Shown: positions 29,480-38,597, numbered from the stretch's first letter. The stretch: DNA of 64,000 bases from Desulfatiglandales bacterium (GCA_963667015.2 CAXXJJ010000001.1:2208001-2272000); one strand, 5' to 3'. Program-made: numbers and translations. The notes: generated by a model not told the origin, from the sequence alone.

Positions 29480-30955
29480 ATGAAGAGACTTTTCTATAAG
29501 CAATCGTTGCTCCTGACGGGATTAACCATACTGGTTGCAGGATTTATCCTGTTCAGCGTATCGCTGACTTCAGCCCTTGAGGGCGATGTCATTATTCACG
29601 ATCCATCCACTATTGCCAAATGTGACGGCAGGTTCTACACATACGGTACTGGCGGCACATGCCTTGTGTCCAGTGACGGATGGCTCTGGAAACGGGGTGA
29701 GACACCCTCAAGGCGGGGAATGGCCCCTGACATCATTAAACTCGGCGACCGTTACTTCCAGTATATTTCCTCCAATCCGGGACCTCAGCCCCTTTCTCAG
29801 GTCCACCTGATATCGAGCAGGAGCCTTGATCCTGAGTCCCCTGATTACGGATGGCGGGAAGATGGACTGATTAACGAGACTGACGGTATAGAGTTTTTTA
29901 ACGGTATTGACCCGGGACTTTTTCTGGATCCTGCTGACGGAAGGTTATGGATGGTTTTCGGGTCCTATTTCGGCTATATCAGGCTCGTGGAGCTGGATCC
30001 AGTGACAGGTCAGCGCGTGGATCAAAATTATACAAACATTGCCATTAACTGCGAAGCCGCAACTATGATTTATCATGAAGGCTGGTATTATCTGCTGGCC
30101 ACTCACGGGAGCTGCTGCAGGGGCGCTGATTCAGGATATAATATCAGGGTGGGCCGCTCAAGAAAGGTAACCGGGCCGTTCCTGGATAATATGGGAATCG
30201 ATATGCTCAAGGGGGGCGGCAGGCTTTTTGTTGGATCAGGCGGCCGTGTAATCGGTCCGGGTCATTTCGGTTTGATCGACCTGGGTGAAGGTATTCAGAA
30301 ATTCTCCTGCCATTATGAGGCTGACCTGGACAGGGGCGGTGCAAGCGTAATGGACATCAGGCCTGTACTGTGGAAAGACGGATGGCCTGCAGCCGGTGAC
30401 AACTGTAAAGAGGGTACCTATGAAATAGAGTCCCTGCGAACCGGCACAGCGCTTGAACTGGCCGTAGAGGGTCAGCCGGTCGGCGGCCGGCCACGCCGGG
30501 GTCCCGGCGGACCCGGTGGAATGTTCGGCGGTGCCGGAGGCGTTATTCCTCCACAGGACGTGGCAAAGGTTTCCGTGAACTGGCCTTCAGGAGATACAGG
30601 TGTGCGCATGGCCAACTACATGTGCCAGGCACAGCAGAAATGGACACTTACACCTGTAAAGGATGTTGGGGGCTATCTCGGTTCACCATACTTCAGGATC
30701 ACCATTGCAGGAACAGACCGCACCCTTGCTGTCGGGGAGGATGCGGAACTGGTAGCGCTCCCGGATTTTACGGGCCGCCCCGAACAGCTCTGGCAGCTGG
30801 ATCAGCTTACTGACGGTACATGGCGTATCATGCCTAAATCCGTTCCCGGTTCAAAGGAGCCTGTGGCCCTTTCCGCGGTTGGAAGCAGTTTTGCGACACT
30901 GGCAAAATTTGATCCCTCCAGCGACAGGCAGAGATGGCTCCTGAAGACACCGTAA
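29480..30955 (+). CDS. GH43 (endo-arabinanase-like) with C-terminal ricin-type lectin domain
   Basis: IHDPS, APD, GIDPG, FGSYFG, CEAA, IRVGRS and GPGH; QxW repeats at the C-terminus; start placed at ATG 29480. Confidence 0.85.
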   Translation: MKRLFYKQSLLLTGLTILVAGFILFSVSLTSALEGDVIIHDPSTIAKCDGRFYTYGTGGTCLVSSDGWLWKRGETPSRRGMAPDIIKLGDRYFQYISSNPGPQPLSQVHLISSRSLDPESPDYGWREDGLINETDGIEFFNGIDPGLFLDPADGRLWMVFGSYFGYIRLVELDPVTGQRVDQNYTNIAINCEAATMIYHEGWYYLLATHGSCCRGADSGYNIRVGRSRKVTGPFLDNMGIDMLKGGGRLFVGSGGRVIGPGHFGLIDLGEGIQKFSCHYEADLDRGGASVMDIRPVLWKDGWPAAGDNCKEGTYEIESLRTGTALELAVEGQPVGGRPRRGPGGPGGMFGGAGGVIPPQDVAKVSVNWPSGDTGVRMANYMCQAQQKWTLTPVKDVGGYLGSPYFRITIAGTDRTLAVGEDAELVALPDFTGRPEQLWQLDQLTDGTWRIMPKSVPGSKEPVALSAVGSSFATLAKFDPSSDRQRWLLKTP

Positions 30956-31016
30956 AAATCGGATGAACATGACAACGCAGAACTATTTAAATGAAAATCC
31001 AGTAAAGAGGTCTCCA

Positions 31017-31715
31017 ATGAACAAAATCCACAGGATCTGCATTCTGATAACCGTCATGCTGACGGGGTTTTTCTGTATTGCCGCTGCTGATGACTCTGAT
31101 AATAGAAACCAGGAGCATAAATCCTTTTTTTCCAAACCCTCTTCCGTGCCGAAGGCACCTGACAGCGATGGTTTTATCCAGCAGTGGCTGATCCTGGAGC
31201 CGATCCCTTCCTCGGGCCTGACGGACAGTGCAGTCCGGGCAGCAGTAAAGAAGGAGTATTTCCCGGAACAGTTATCTGTTGTGCCTGAAGACGGTGATCA
31301 GGTTAAGGCTGGTGAGGAAACACTTGCATGGCATGCCGTTGACACCAACGAATATAATGTCAACCTCTATTATTATGCCTACAACCTTGGAAAGCCAACC
31401 TCCAATGTTCTGTTCTGGGCAGTTACAGTTATCGACTGCCCCGAAGAGATGCATGACATGCGCCTTGCAATAGGTTCCAATGCCGCATCCGTCTGGTGGG
31501 TCAACGGCAGAGAGGTCATAGGGATATACAACGACCGCCAGACGGTCATTGACGACGGTGTATCCAAACGACTGACCCTTAAAAAAGGAAAGAACATCAT
31601 AAGGTGTGCGATAATCAACGGCGGAGGGGCAACTGACTTCTGCGCCAGGTTCCTGGACAGTAATGACAAACCCTTCAGGGATTTTACAGTTAATATCTTC
31701 CCTGCCGGAAAATAA
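31017..31715 (+). CDS. Secreted beta-sandwich protein of the type found beside GH43 genes (often labelled acetylxylan esterase)
   Basis: Signal peptide, GFIQQWLILEP, LAIGSN and LTLKKGKN; GAGG RBS before ATG 31017. Confidence 0.6.
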   Translation: MNKIHRICILITVMLTGFFCIAAADDSDNRNQEHKSFFSKPSSVPKAPDSDGFIQQWLILEPIPSSGLTDSAVRAAVKKEYFPEQLSVVPEDGDQVKAGEETLAWHAVDTNEYNVNLYYYAYNLGKPTSNVLFWAVTVIDCPEEMHDMRLAIGSNAASVWWVNGREVIGIYNDRQTVIDDGVSKRLTLKKGKNIIRCAIINGGGATDFCARFLDSNDKPFRDFTVNIFPAGK

Positions 31716-31783
31716 ATCACCTTAAGTAAAGGCCGGAGGGGAAGTGGACTAATGTATAAGTATGATGACTCAGACTAAAGGAA

Positions 31784-31894
31784 TATCTCTCGCCCGTTCC
31801 CTTCGGTCACTAGAGCTCACAGAGAGCACAGAGAAAAGCTTTTATTTTAATATCTTTTGTTTTTCTCTGCGTACTCTGCGGGCTCTGCGAGATA
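31784..31894. repeat. REP-like palindrome built from 9-bp-period CACAGAG units
   Basis: CACAGAGAGCACAGAGAAAA pairs with TTTTCTCTGCGTACTCTGCG; outer arms TATCTCTCGC and GCGAGATA. Confidence 0.6.
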
Positions 31895-31960
31895 CTTTTT
31901 TTTGATGTCTGTTCAATATAACAAAATTAATTGTCAAAATATTTGTAACATTTTAAGGAG

Positions 31961-32464
31961 ATGAATATGTCTATTCGAAAGTTAGCGGTTTTATCAATAT
32001 CAGTATTTCTGGTAATGGGCGCCTCCCTGTTGTCTGCCTCGGAAAAGGTCCAGCTGCGGGCTCAGGACAGGGTGGAGATCGAACAGTTGATGTGGGAATA
32101 CATCCAGGCTCTTGACTCACACGACGCCGAAGCATTTCTCAGCAAGTTTACACCTGACGGAGAATTCAGGAGCCGTGAGACATCGGCAAAAGGAAGGGAT
32201 GCCCTGAAAAAGATGGTGGTGGATGCCTGGAAAAAAATGGATGCTTCGAATGAGGAAGGCAAAAAACAGCCTCATATGTATCACATAGTGACAAATCCGC
32301 ATATTGAGTTTATAGATGAGGATCATGCGCGCTATTATGCATACTGGATGGGGGTACTTGAAACAGGGGGAGGGGTTGTTACAGCCGGACGCGAAGTGAA
32401 TGAACTTGTTAAGGTAAAGGGAAGTTGGCTCATTAAAATCCGCGATGTAAATCCAGAGAATTAG
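31961..32464 (+). CDS. NTF2/SnoaL-like secreted protein
   Basis: DRVEIEQLM..Y..ALD, FTPDG, HIVTNP and GSWLIKIR. Confidence 0.85.
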   Translation: MNMSIRKLAVLSISVFLVMGASLLSASEKVQLRAQDRVEIEQLMWEYIQALDSHDAEAFLSKFTPDGEFRSRETSAKGRDALKKMVVDAWKKMDASNEEGKKQPHMYHIVTNPHIEFIDEDHARYYAYWMGVLETGGGVVTAGREVNELVKVKGSWLIKIRDVNPEN

Positions 32465-32512
32465 CAAATAATTTACCGACTGCACAGATAGAAATAAAAG
32501 GGAGGAAAATAT

Positions 32513-33187
32513 ATGCCTGAAAATGACTGGATTGATATCTCGATACCCCTGGGAAAAGATATTCCGGAGCTCGCCATGGAGACATCCGATGGTGAAGTGC
32601 CCAGGTCAAGCGTGAAGCGTTTTTTTGATGTGGAAAAGGGTGACAAGGTCACCATGTCCAGGATTGAAATGGATTCCCATGACGGAACCCATATCGATTC
32701 TCCTCTCCATTTTATCAAGGGGGGAACATCCATAGATGAAATGCCCATAGGCACTGCCATAGGTCCCGCCAGGGTCATAGAGATCATGAACGAAAAGGAG
32801 ATCACAGTCGAAGAGCTTGAACCTTACAGGATCAGTAAGGGTGAGAGGATCCTGTTCAAGACAAAAAACTCGCCCCGTGTATATGGCACAAGGGTGTATA
32901 AGGGAGATTATGTGGCCATTACTCCTGCAACAGCAGAATACCTTGCTGACATTGGCATACTGCTGGTAGGCCTTGATTTCCTGACCATTGCAGACAAAAA
33001 TCCGCCGGAAAATATTACCAAAGTTCACCTTTCCTTTTTAACAAGGGGTATATACATCCTTGAGGCAGTTAATCTTGATGGTGTAGCCCCGGGCAACTAC
33101 GAACTCATCTGTCTGCCTATCAGGCTGGATAAAGGAGATGCCGGTCCATGCAGGGCAGTAATACGTCCGATCGTCACTGTTCTCTAA
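32513..33187 (+). CDS. Cyclase family protein (kynurenine formamidase KynB-like)
   Basis: HDGTHIDSPLHF metal motif and DAGPCRAV. Confidence 0.88.
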   Translation: MPENDWIDISIPLGKDIPELAMETSDGEVPRSSVKRFFDVEKGDKVTMSRIEMDSHDGTHIDSPLHFIKGGTSIDEMPIGTAIGPARVIEIMNEKEITVEELEPYRISKGERILFKTKNSPRVYGTRVYKGDYVAITPATAEYLADIGILLVGLDFLTIADKNPPENITKVHLSFLTRGIYILEAVNLDGVAPGNYELICLPIRLDKGDAGPCRAVIRPIVTVL

Positions 33188-33349
33188 TATAATTGTGGAC
33201 GATATCCGTTCTGCTTTTCTTATATCATCATTTTCAGCCTTAAAAAGAGCCATATAAGGGTCAAGAACAGTGTGTTTTTAAGGATATATTTTTAGTTGGC
33301 TTGGTCGGACCCGGTTTAGTTATTTATAATCGAAAGGAAAAAAGGCTAA

Positions 33350-33757
33350 TTACATACCTGATTCAAAGAGTTTAATTGGTATTATCTTACAATAGTTTTC
33401 AAAATCATTATCGTTTGTAAATATTGGGGAATCAATTCTATTTGCCACTGCACAAATAAGAAAATCAATATGAGACCCCTGAACGCCATTTTTTCGACAT
33501 TTATTGCTAAACTCCGCAGCCAGTTCATAATCCGCATCCAGAATAGGAGCATTTTCAAAATATGATAATTTATCTTTTATCTCTCTAAACTTATGCATAT
33601 CACTATAACCGGAAAGGATTTCCTGTCTGATAGGACCAATTATTATGGCGCGCTGATTATGGATAAGAGAGGCAAGAGAGTTGATCTCATTTTGATATTT
33701 TTTGTTCTTTGAACGAAGTGCGTAAGACCATATTGGTGTATCTACAAGGACTTTCAA
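33350..33757 (-). CDS. vapC: PIN-domain toxin
   Basis: VLVDT, QEILSG, IDFLICA and FTNDNDF; overlaps the upstream antitoxin gene by 4 nt. Confidence 0.9.
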   Translation of the reverse strand: MKVLVDTPIWSYALRSKNKKYQNEINSLASLIHNQRAIIIGPIRQEILSGYSDMHKFREIKDKLSYFENAPILDADYELAAEFSNKCRKNGVQGSHIDFLICAVANRIDSPIFTNDNDFENYCKIIPIKLFESGM

Positions 33758-33951
33758 CGTTTCCTCCCTTTTTTATAATCATAATCAGGGTCCGGGTCCA
33801 TTTTACCAAATAACTCCAATATTTCAGATTGCTTGCGCCTGTTTACAAATTCTTTGAGTGCTAGATTGACTGTTTCTTTTTTGGTTTTTAAACCGCTCAG
33901 CTCTAATGCCTCATGCAGCAGTTCGTCATCTATTGCCAGGTTAGTTGCCAT
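33754..33951 (-). CDS. vapB: Type II antitoxin
   Basis: MATNLAIDDELL...TKKETVNLALKEFV, immediately upstream of vapC. Confidence 0.88.
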   Translation of the reverse strand: MATNLAIDDELLHEALELSGLKTKKETVNLALKEFVNRRKQSEILELFGKMDPDPDYDYKKGRKR

Positions 33952-33970
33952 TGTTGACCTCCATTTTTTT

Positions 33971-33998
33971 ACACATTATATTGCACAATATTATGTGT
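33971..33998. promoter_or_regulatory. Probable VapBC autoregulatory operator
   Basis: Inverted repeat ACACATTATATTG-CA-CAATATTATGTGT (12/13) about 20 bp upstream of vapB. Confidence 0.6.
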
Positions 33999-34085
33999 GT
34001 CAACAGGTGTAAAATATATTTAACAGGTTTATGTAATGTCTTACTGACACTTTAAAGAATTGTAAGTTTAAGTTTTATGTTTAAG

Positions 34086-34235
34086 TCCAGGGATGTAGTG
34101 TCTGTTCGCTCCTGGCATTTTTTTCGAAATGTTTAAATAGTTATTTTTATGGTCAAAAAGGATGGTTTAAGCCTTAAAATAGGGCTATTTTATGACTTTA
34201 TTATTTTTATATCAAAGTTACCTTGGTCCGACCCC
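34086..34235 (-). pseudogene. 5' remnant of a Y1/RAYT transposase element with its terminal repeat
   Basis: ATG at 34118 reads MPGANRHYIPG (compare MARANRHYIPN at 50615) and then stops; terminal AAGTTACCTTGGTCCGACCCC at 34215-34235. Confidence 0.75.
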
Positions 34236-34250
34236 AATTCAACAGAGGTG

Positions 34251-34478
34251 TCATCTTTTCAGACTGTCTCTGATTATCTTGAGGATAAGAATCAGAATGG
34301 GTGCTGAATGAAAAAAGAGGTCAAAAATATCAATCGGTTTTCTAAGCAAACCCTTTTTAAGCATTAACAGTTTTTCATAAAGATGAGGCATGGGATAAAA
34401 GGGTGCCAATCCCATCAGTATTGCAGCGAAAATAAGTGCCGGATATGGTATTTTATCTATAATATCAAAGAATTTCAT
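34251..34478 (-). CDS. Small membrane protein (copy 1)
   Basis: 75 aa, two hydrophobic segments, LAPF.P.PHL.EKL motif; AGGAGA RBS; identical protein at 39159..39386. Confidence 0.75.
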   Translation of the reverse strand: MKFFDIIDKIPYPALIFAAILMGLAPFYPMPHLYEKLLMLKKGLLRKPIDIFDLFFHSAPILILILKIIRDSLKR

Positions 34479-34861
34479 ATCATCTCTCCTGAAGATTTAT
34501 CTTTCTGTAGTATTTTTTTCTGCATTATATTCTATTTTCCTGACAAAATAATTCTATTTTTATTCCCGTGTTGTTACAAACGGGTTCTGGGCAAACACAG
34601 CAGAAGATGCGGATAACATTGTATCTCTCCTTGTTTCAAGCGGGCTCTCGCAGTTGAGGATAAGCTGCAGCAGGTGGCATCAGGAGCATGTAAATATAGC
34701 AAACATTATAAATGCAGCCAAAAGCTGTATTAATAACAGGCTTGATTATTTAATATCCTTTGTTGAACGAAGCCGCTTGCGCGGCAGAAAAATAATAAAT
34801 AGTGTATGCTCCTGATGTATGCTCAATTCAGGGCACAAAAAATAATAAAAGGAGATACACT

Positions 34862-35766
34862 ATGAACAAAAAAGAAACAGAAAGATTTAATGACCTTTAT
34901 GAAAGACACCTAAGAATACTCAAACTTCAGGGTAAAAGTCAAAGCACTATTGATGCCTATTCAAGGGCGGTGCGCCGGATAAAAGAGCATTTTGACTGCT
35001 GTCCTGATCAGCTTACCCCGGACCAACTTGAACAGTATTTTTCTGACCTGGTTGATTCTCATTCCTGGAGCACTGTCAAATTGGACCGTCTTGGACTTCA
35101 GTTCTTCTGGAAACACGTTGTCCAGAAAAAATGGGAGTGGATAGATATTATTAAGCCTCCCAAAGTATATACCCTGCCTGATATTCTTACACCCGGTGAA
35201 ATAGAGCGCATAATAGGTGCAACAAGAAAACTCCGATACAGGGTTTTTCTACTGACTACATATTCCATGGGACTTCGTTTGCAGGAAGCATTACATCTTC
35301 AAACCAGCGATATCGATGCTGAAAGAAAGAAGGTCCATATCCGGCGTGGTAAAGGTCATAAAGACCGTTTAGTTCCATTGCCGGATCTTACCTTAGAAGC
35401 TCTGCGTGAGTTATGGTCAAAACACAAAAACCCTGTATGGCTTTTCCCTAATGCCACGGGCTCTCCTGATAAAATCCAACAGGCAACTAATCACATGGAC
35501 ACAGGCGGAACTCAGAAGGCTATGCAGGTAGTTGTTAAGGAATGCGGCATTAAAAAAAAGTCCATATCCATTCCCTTCGTCACAGCTTCGCAACACACCT
35601 GCTTGAGCGCGGCCTGAGTCTCAGACATATCCAGGCTATACTCGGGCATGCCACCCCTGAAACTACCGCTCGCTATGCTCACCTGACAGATATTACCGAG
35701 AATGACAGTCTTGTTAAAATCAATGAGCTGATCAACTCCATTCATGTTGATTTGAAGAAGGTGTAA
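34862..35766 (+). CDS. Tyrosine recombinase (IntI/XerD-related); catalytic C-terminus lies in the -1 frame after A8G
   Basis: YSMGLR and GKGHKDR in frame 0; [16 protein letters not shown] and TTARY in the -1 frame to TAA 35766; AGGAG RBS before ATG 34862. Confidence 0.85.
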
Positions 35767-35768
35767 TC

Positions 35769-36815
35769 ATGGAACTGGCATCTATCATCAACCAATATTA
35801 CGACTCATTTATGGCTAAACATTCCAGTACCCTACTACCAGGACATTTAAGCGCACTTAATGCCATTCGTAGATGCAGAACTCCTGATTCCGGAGAAGTA
35901 TATACAATCTGCAACCAGTGCGGACATTCCCAATGGAACCCCATGTCCTGTGGTCACCGAAGTTGTCCTAAATGCCAGAACCATGAAACCAGCAGGTGGC
36001 TTGACCGACAACAGCAAAAGCTGCTGCCTGCACCTTATTTTATGGTTACCTTCACACTGCCATATTCTTTCAGGCCTTTAGCCATGCACCATCAAAAAGA
36101 GATATACCCCTTTTTATTCTCCTGTGCAGCATCCACTCTAAAGGATTTTGCTGCTAACCCAAAAAAACTGGGGGCTAAAGTCGGTATGACCATTGTTCTG
36201 CATACTAATAACAGAAATCTGGATTATCATCCACATGTTCATGTCATCATTCCGGCAGGTGGAGTGGATAAAAAATCCAAACAATGGAAAAAGAAAAAAG
36301 GCAAATACCTCTTTAATGAAAAAGCCATGGCTAAAGTTTTCCGCGCCCGCTTTTTACATGAGCTAAATAATGCCGGCTTTTCCATCCCTAAAAATGCACC
36401 CAAAAAATGGGTGGCTGACTGCGAACATGTTGGAGCAGGCATTACTGCCCTCAAGTATCTTGCCCGGTATTTATACCGTGGCGTTATCAGCGAAAAAAAT
36501 ATCATTGCAAACCGGGATGGAAAGATAACCTTTAAGTATATTGATAACAATAAGATTGTAAAATACCGCACAATGGATGGGGAAGATTTTATTAAACTTC
36601 TACTGCAACATGTACTTCCCAAAGGCTTCAGGAGAGTCAGGGATTATGGCTTCCTTCACAGTAATGCTAAGAAAATACGTTCTCTGATTCAGGTAATATT
36701 GAGAGTCGTTATTGATAAAATCCCGATACGTCCAAGGCCTGCTTTTAAATGCAGCCATTGTAAGTCGCTGATGACTATTGTTAAGTTTAGAAAGCCTGTT
36801 TGCAACTCGGAATAG
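35769..36815 (+). CDS. IS91-family (HUH, Y2) transposase with N-terminal zinc-binding domain
   Basis: CNQC..SCGHRSCPKC, FTLP, YHPHVH (HUH), YLARY (Y2), LQHVLPKGF.RVR.YG and C-terminal CSHC. Confidence 0.92.
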   Translation: MELASIINQYYDSFMAKHSSTLLPGHLSALNAIRRCRTPDSGEVYTICNQCGHSQWNPMSCGHRSCPKCQNHETSRWLDRQQQKLLPAPYFMVTFTLPYSFRPLAMHHQKEIYPFLFSCAASTLKDFAANPKKLGAKVGMTIVLHTNNRNLDYHPHVHVIIPAGGVDKKSKQWKKKKGKYLFNEKAMAKVFRARFLHELNNAGFSIPKNAPKKWVADCEHVGAGITALKYLARYLYRGVISEKNIIANRDGKITFKYIDNNKIVKYRTMDGEDFIKLLLQHVLPKGFRRVRDYGFLHSNAKKIRSLIQVILRVVIDKIPIRPRPAFKCSHCKSLMTIVKFRKPVCNSE

Positions 36816-37006
36816 ACCTTAATCTGGAAATTGCCCCTCTTGCTTTTATAACACGGAGGTAGCTTTGTTTATGAAGATTACAATCACTTTAAAGGCCTTT
36901 TTTAAGGTCAGCGTACCGGTCTGCCTTTTGCTTTCCGCTATACTTTAAGTTCCATTACCTGTCAGCTTCTCGGATATATATATTTTCTTTATATAGACAC
37001 GGGCTT

Positions 37007-37057
37007 GTTCAACCATTGGATAAGATTGTGGCTCCGCACAATCTATCCTTATTCGTT
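37007..37057 (+). other. attC-like recombination site
   Basis: GTTCAAC (R''), 5 nt, GATAAGAT (L''), central TGTGGCTCCGCACA, ATCTATC (L'), 7 nt, GTT (R'); two unpaired bases on the left arm. Confidence 0.65.
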
Positions 37058-37094
37058 TAAGATTGTGGCTCCGCACAATCTATCCTTATTCGTT
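37021..37094 (+). repeat. Perfect 37-bp tandem duplication
   Basis: TAAGATTGTGGCTCCGCACAATCTATCCTTATTCGTT at 37021-37057 and 37058-37094. Confidence 0.95.
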
Positions 37095-37667
37095 ACAGAT
37101 TTTTCAGAAAAGGATGATTCTATTGAGAAGCTTCTGCAGGATTCTAAAATCATATACTTCCCGGAACCTGTTATTTATCTGGGCAGAGCAGAGGGTTTTG
37201 AACGTAAAGATTTAAAAACAGACTATTTTTCAAATACCTGTGAAATGAATCCATATCTTACACCTGATCTTGATGTTTATGCATGCTGTGATGTTGCGGG
37301 CGCTTTTTCAGAAACGGATTTTTTATACCTTGGAAATCTCAAAAGCGAAGGCATTGAAGCCCTTTTTAGTAAAAAGGAAAATAATATTTTATATAACCTG
37401 ATAAGAAATGCCGGGTTATCAGCTATCGCAACAGGCCTGGGGATAAAGGCAAGCGAGATAGTTAAATACAGAAAGTGTGAACTATGTGAAAATATTTTTA
37501 ATTCAAAGAAAAATCTGGCAGAGCTTAAAAAGCTTGTATCAGCAAATTCTATCAGGTGGAGATAGTGGGAACCCAACGGGGTCTGTGTATTATTTACAAC
37601 CTGGATATGTTTGGCAACAATGAAAGGATGCCCCCTCTATTTTTATTTTTGTTTATCATTTCTGTCG

Positions 37668-38597
37668 TCATTCCCCTAATGATGGTACCTCCGTTATCTC
37701 TCCACCAGTTCCATTAATCTGATACTTCTTATTACCATTTTTATTAAAAGCAACCATACAATAGCTATCCTTATCAGCAGAAATTATTTGAACTACAACA
37801 TCTTTGCTTACAAAAAAATTATACCTGTCCCCGGTTATATCTTTTAGAGAATCAGTGTATTTACTCTTAGCAATATAATAGTTCTCCTGGGCTGCAGCTG
37901 CATCCCTTAAATCGTTTTGTGCCGTAATATTGTATGCCCTCATTCTATAAGCGTTAAACTGCGGGACTGCTATTGCAACAAATATTCCTGTGACAGCAAT
38001 AACAATCATCACGATGGGTAAAAGGTAGCTGACACCACCTTTTATAGTAAGCAGTATATTTAACTCCCTCTCACTCACATCAGGATTCTTGTCTATTATT
38101 TCATTTATCTTCTTTTTAGCATGTTTATAATAGATATAGTTTCCCGTCATCCCGAAACCTATACTCGCAAGAATATTAATCAGAGGGATAACCGCAAGCA
38201 CTATAGATAAAATCCCCCAAAGGTACATTTTTCTGTATAACAGCCATGGCGGTGGTATAAAAAAAGCGGGCCAATTCCATGTTACAGAAAACTTCTCTCT
38301 GTCTACAGCTTTGAATGCTCTAAATTTCAAAAGATATTTTTCTCTATTTTTAAAGACAAAACTTCTAAATTGTACATCACCGGCCGATAACAGGGGTTTA
38401 TTTTCCGCTTCAGAATTATTTTCCTGATTTATCCTGCCTGTTGTCTTGTGATCCTCTTCACTTTTTTGGTCACCTTGCGGTTTTGCTATTGCTATTTTAT
38501 TCCCGCAATTTTTACATACCGTGGTCGCCCCTTTTTCAGGAATATCTTCGTCTTTAAGGCTATATTTTGCGTTACACTCCGAACAATAAAACTTCAT
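37668..38597 (-). CDS. Zinc-ribbon + DUF2628-like membrane domain + pilin-like C-terminal domain
   Basis: CSEC..CKNC; WNWPAFF..WLLYRKMY; IVIAVTGIFVAIAVPQFNAYR..AQNDLR..AAAQENYY. Confidence 0.75.
   Translation of the reverse strand: MKFYCSECNAKYSLKDEDIPEKGATTVCKNCGNKIAIAKPQGDQKSEEDHKTTGRINQENNSEAENKPLLSAGDVQFRSFVFKNREKYLLKFRAFKAVDREKFSVTWNWPAFFIPPPWLLYRKMYLWGILSIVLAVIPLINILASIGFGMTGNYIYYKHAKKKINEIIDKNPDVSERELNILLTIKGGVSYLLPIVMIVIAVTGIFVAIAVPQFNAYRMRAYNITAQNDLRDAAAAQENYYIAKSKYTDSLKDITGDRYNFFVSKDVVVQIISADKDSYCMVAFNKNGNKKYQINGTGGEITEVPSLGE

Larger units (their letters stand above)
34763..37092 (+). mobile_element. Two-gene element: tyrosine recombinase plus IS91-family transposase, with an attC-like right end
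   Basis: Bounded by GTT on both sides; removal restores the host frame (TTT GTT ACA GAT); left end GTTGAAC plus GCCGC/GCGGC hairpin; right end GTTCAAC plus bulged hairpin. Confidence 0.85.
34573..37565 (+). pseudogene. Radical SAM gene, 5'-truncated and interrupted by the YR/IS91 element
   Basis: VTNGFWA...LRISCSRWHQEH...ISFV (to 34764) continues in frame as TDFSEK...VYACC...CELC from 37095; the CxxxCxxC N-terminus is absent. Confidence 0.75.

Noticed and set aside
37021..37094. 37-bp palindromic repeat as a CRISPR array
   Set aside because: Only two abutting units, no spacer and no cas genes; the sequence is the end of the YR/IS91 element
34862..37094. Classical integron (intI-attI-cassette array)
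   Set aside because: The recombinase lies inside the attC-bounded unit, appears to lack the IntI-specific insertion, and no further attC-bounded cassettes were seen
37005..37565. 186-aa ORF as an independent gene
   Set aside because: Its first 30 codons are element-end DNA; the rest is the 3' part of the interrupted radical SAM gene
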